Source: Candidatus Bathyarchaeota archaeon (GTDB lineage: Archaea > Thermoproteota > Bathyarchaeia > Bathyarchaeales > Bathycorpusculaceae). Taken from it: 64,000 nucleotides of DNA. The position numbers and the translations under genes were made by a program. Shown one piece after another: positions 60,914 through 64,000 of the stretch. Below the pieces are notes generated by a model. It made no database searches. It worked only from the letters and a program-made list of their open reading frames with translations, and was not told where the DNA came from. Within the stretch, counting starts at the first letter, position 1, and every line of letters begins with the position of its first letter. Location: positions 512,001-576,000 of the forward strand of contig OY969706.1 of the NCBI GenBank assembly GCA_963702095.1, in the 5' to 3' direction.

Positions 60914-61114
60914 CTGTTGGCGTGGGCTTGATAAGTTCCATTCTTCTTTAATCGTGTTCCAGAGCCAAGTCGAGAGGTTAAAAGTAGCCCGTGAGATACC
61001 GCTGTCTAGGCATGGTTCTATATGAAATGTGGTCTTGGGAAGCAAACTCTTCCCCTTTTTTTTATCTTAACGAGTGCTCATAAAGGGCTATTGTTCGGCG
61101 GAACATACCCTGGT

Positions 61115-61138
61115 TGGTGATGTCACCCGCATACCCCT
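61115..61138. repeat. 24-bp motif also present just inside the left att site (19589-19612)
   Basis: tggtgatgtcacccgcatacccct versus tggagatatcacccgcatacccct (22/24), both followed by T-rich tracts. Confidence 0.7.
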
Positions 61139-61661
61139 TTTTCTTCAAACGTTTGAGTACCATATCCGAAAGGAAACGCTACTCCAGACAACCCGTAATA
61201 CCATAACTTCCTTTTTTTAAGACTAAGCCGGTAGATCGCAGTCTAGTTTGGTATAGTATTCCGCTGTCGATACCGACAGATACTCTTGATCCCTGTTTTT
61301 GCGGTAACCTTTTTTTAGTTTCTTCATTAATCCATGCTTTTGCTGACAGTGTCTTAGATGAAAATTTGGCGAATGCTTGGGATTGCCATTTTATTGCTTA
61401 AATTGTTGAAGCACAAAAGCTTCTTTTCTAGGCAGAAATCGAGACAGGAGAAGCCTCTTTTCTTCAATAGTGCTTGCATTTGCTGCTCCATAGCTATCCT
61501 TAAACTAAACAACGGTTAATACGCACCTGAGAATCTTTTAGTGCTTTTTCTTGCTGTTGATAGCTCAAACAAGCTAGAGCTAATGTCTGATTCTTATCAC
61601 TTTTTTGTATTAACGCTACGTGCATAAGTTTTTTATTATTTTCGAAAAGAATGAGAGCTGA

Positions 61662-62468
61662 TTATACTTCCTTTGCTTTACTCCATAGCATTTCAAAATG
61701 ATCCGATGCTAGTTTAATAAGCGTATTACTATTTGACCAAAGCGCAGGAGAACCAGGTAAGTCTTTTCTCGGAAAAAGTATAATGGACATTTCATTGTTG
61801 TCATATATTCCATAAACTGTCTCTGGCAATTGACGCATAAATTTGACTTGGCAAGAAGTTTTTCTCCTGCAAAATTCTGTTAGCTCTTTTGAAGTAATGG
61901 TGTCTTTTGGCTCTTGTACTAAGAACCTGAACTTCACCTGCTTTTTCCAAGCGTTCTCTAAGTTTTCCGCAAAGGTACTTGTTACTCCACGCGAGAACCT
62001 CCTCCAAGAAAGGACAAGGTCAACGCTTGATTCAACACTATTAATAGCTTCGCCTATTTTACGAATAACAGCATTTCCTTCCGTAATTAGAGCAAATTGG
62101 AAGTTTTTCAGTTGCTGTCTATAGTCTGGCTCCCTTAGATTTATTTCACTAAGCAAAATTTCGGCTTCAGCTATTACATTTTTATATTGTTCTTTTTTTG
62201 TTTCCAGCAAGAACTGGAGTGTTTGATTTAATGGGCTTGCTTTATACCTAACCGGGTTTTCTATAATCTTTTCAATCAAACCCATTTTTTGAAGGTTCTC
62301 TATGGCTCGATATGTGTCTGGTCGAGCAACTTTAGCCATTTCTGCGATTGCTGACACTTTTAACGGTTCAGAGTTTGCTAGCGTCAAGTAAATTCTTGCG
62401 TTTGTTGGCGTTAGTCCCAAATTCGTTAAAACCTCTAGCTCTGAACTTTCCAAAACATTCTCCTTCAT
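61662..62468 (-). CDS. TrmB-family transcriptional regulator
   Basis: LGLTPTNARIYLTL..VARPDTYRAIENLQKMGLIEK; paralogue of 3718-4539. Confidence 0.88.
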   Translation of the reverse strand: MKENVLESSELEVLTNLGLTPTNARIYLTLANSEPLKVSAIAEMAKVARPDTYRAIENLQKMGLIEKIIENPVRYKASPLNQTLQFLLETKKEQYKNVIAEAEILLSEINLREPDYRQQLKNFQFALITEGNAVIRKIGEAINSVESSVDLVLSWRRFSRGVTSTFAENLENAWKKQVKFRFLVQEPKDTITSKELTEFCRRKTSCQVKFMRQLPETVYGIYDNNEMSIILFPRKDLPGSPALWSNSNTLIKLASDHFEMLWSKAKEV

Positions 62469-62508
62469 TTAGAATGATAATCGCTGGATTGTTTTAAACT
62501 CTTTTGCA

Positions 62509-62533
62509 TTGTCGGTAGGAGTCCTACCAACCA
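62509..62533. promoter_or_regulatory. Palindromic candidate operator in the divergent TrmB/PQQ-like promoter
   Basis: GGTAGGA-G-TCCTACC perfect 7-bp arms, extendable to 10/12. Confidence 0.55.
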
Positions 62534-62603
62534 AATTATATTACTATTTAATAACAAACTCGGTTCGCGCATTATGCGCTAAAAATCTTAGGAAGAAAGA
62601 AAA

Positions 62604-64000
62604 ATGTTAAAAAATAAAACAGCAGCTATTGCATTTGTAATATTGCTAGTATTTTCAATATCAGCTTCAATGACACTCGGTCAAGTTCCGATACCTAAAG
62701 GAACCCATACACCAACATATGCTTATCTTAGCCTCGGCCCTAACCCCGCGGGAGTCGGTCAAACAGTGACCGTTAACATGTTCCTTTTGATTCCAATGTT
62801 AACCAGCGAATCCGCAATAGGTTTTACCGTACAAATGACAGATCCCTCTGGACATACTTCAACACTAGGACCATTTAATTCCGATGCTACTGGAGGCACA
62901 TACACTACAGTCGTTCCAGATCAAATCGGCGAGTATAAGTTCCAATTATTTTACCCAGGACAAAACATGACTGGCGCAAACGATACCTGGAAGTTCAATT
63001 CAGACACAGTATATAGGAGTTATCGCGGACCCCAGCCAAAGTGAAGTGAAGACGCTTACTGTGCAGGAAGAACCGATATCACGTAGCATATATCCGATTA
63101 CGCCGCTCCCAACTGACTGGTGGCAGACTCCGGTTACCGCAGAAAATGTTCAACTATGGTACAACCTTAATGGACCCTGGCTCGGATACAGTTCAGTTAC
63201 TTTTGCGACAACTGGCGGCTACAATCTTAATGGCAACTATAATCCTAAAACTGGATCAGTGCTTTCTGGTCATGTTCTCTGGAATAAAGTCTGGGCTGGT
63301 GGTGGTCTGACAGGTATAAGCGGAGACGAAGAGTCGGGACACTACTGGTCAACCTCGCAGTATTGGCCAAAATACGCGCCTGTCATCATCGACGGAAAAA
63401 TGATCTCAACTTGGTATAGCGAAACAACAAGCTACTCAAACGGCATCAAATGCACAGACCTTTACACTGGACAAACACTATGGACAATAAACACCTCTAA
63501 TCCGTTGCGGTGCGGCATGGTTACTCAATGGCACACAATAAACGCTTATGGCGCCATTGGACCATACATCTGGACTACCGGCACTCTACCTGCAGATGAC
63601 ACCGGCGGAAAACTAGTCGCTAACCGTGGAACACAGTTTAACATGTATTCTGCCCTGACCGGAAAATACGTTCTCAGCGTTGTCAACGGCACTAACCCAA
63701 GTTTCACTACAGATGAAAACGGCAACATGCTCGGCTACTACATTAACAGCACTGTTGGCACCATGTATGCATATGATCCTGTGCCACTCAATGGTCCTCA
63801 CGTACCTAGAGAGGCAATAACTATTACTGCAGGCAATCCTGTCCTATGCTGTTTCAACATGTCGAACGCTATTGCCTACGTTGAAGGAAGTCGTAGCAAT
63901 CAGTGGGGATGGGCTCCACCACTAAACAACGTTATCGACTTTGCACATGGAGTAATGTGGGCAGAACCTTTGTACAACAACATTAGTGGCGCATCTATAA
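62604..64000 (+). CDS. PQQ-like beta-propeller surface protein, N-terminal part; frameshift near 63035; runs off the window
   Basis: Signal peptide and PNPAGVGQTV..SDATGG, continuing in another frame as PLPTDWWQTPV..PKYAPVII..DLYTGQTLW; paralogue of 4677-7361. Confidence 0.82.

Overview
Archaeal chromosome window, most likely Bathyarchaeia (inferred from the aIF6-rpl18a-pfdA-ftsY block, several TrmB-type regulators and large membrane-anchored PQQ-like beta-propeller proteins). The centre is a ~29.7 kb integrated element (19553-49224), bounded by a 29-bp direct repeat equal to the 3' end of tRNA-Cys(GCA). Its right arm is virus-like: tyrosine integrase, wHTH and AbrB regulators, a Zn-ribbon/DUF3987-type replication ATPase with an internal iteron-like array, a ParB-N protein, an ABC-ATPase/GNAT pair with a -1 frameshift-like signal, and small and large terminase. 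No portal, capsid or tail genes are recognisable. The rest of the element is defence cargo: a two-DUF488 plus OB-fold operon, a Druantia-like DEAD/DUF1998 helicase operon with a Cas4/AddB-like nuclease, a HaeIII-like R-M system with Vsr, an AspBHI-like 5mC-dependent nuclease and several unknown ORFs. An older decayed tRNA-Cys copy at 18370 suggests tandem integrations. The right flank is an arylacetate cluster (paaK, iorAB, paaI, liv ABC, ACT) whose IorA carries an inserted ferredoxin domain. Many single-base frameshifts occur inside and outside the element, so some are probably assembly errors. All family calls are from motif recognition by eye, not database searches.
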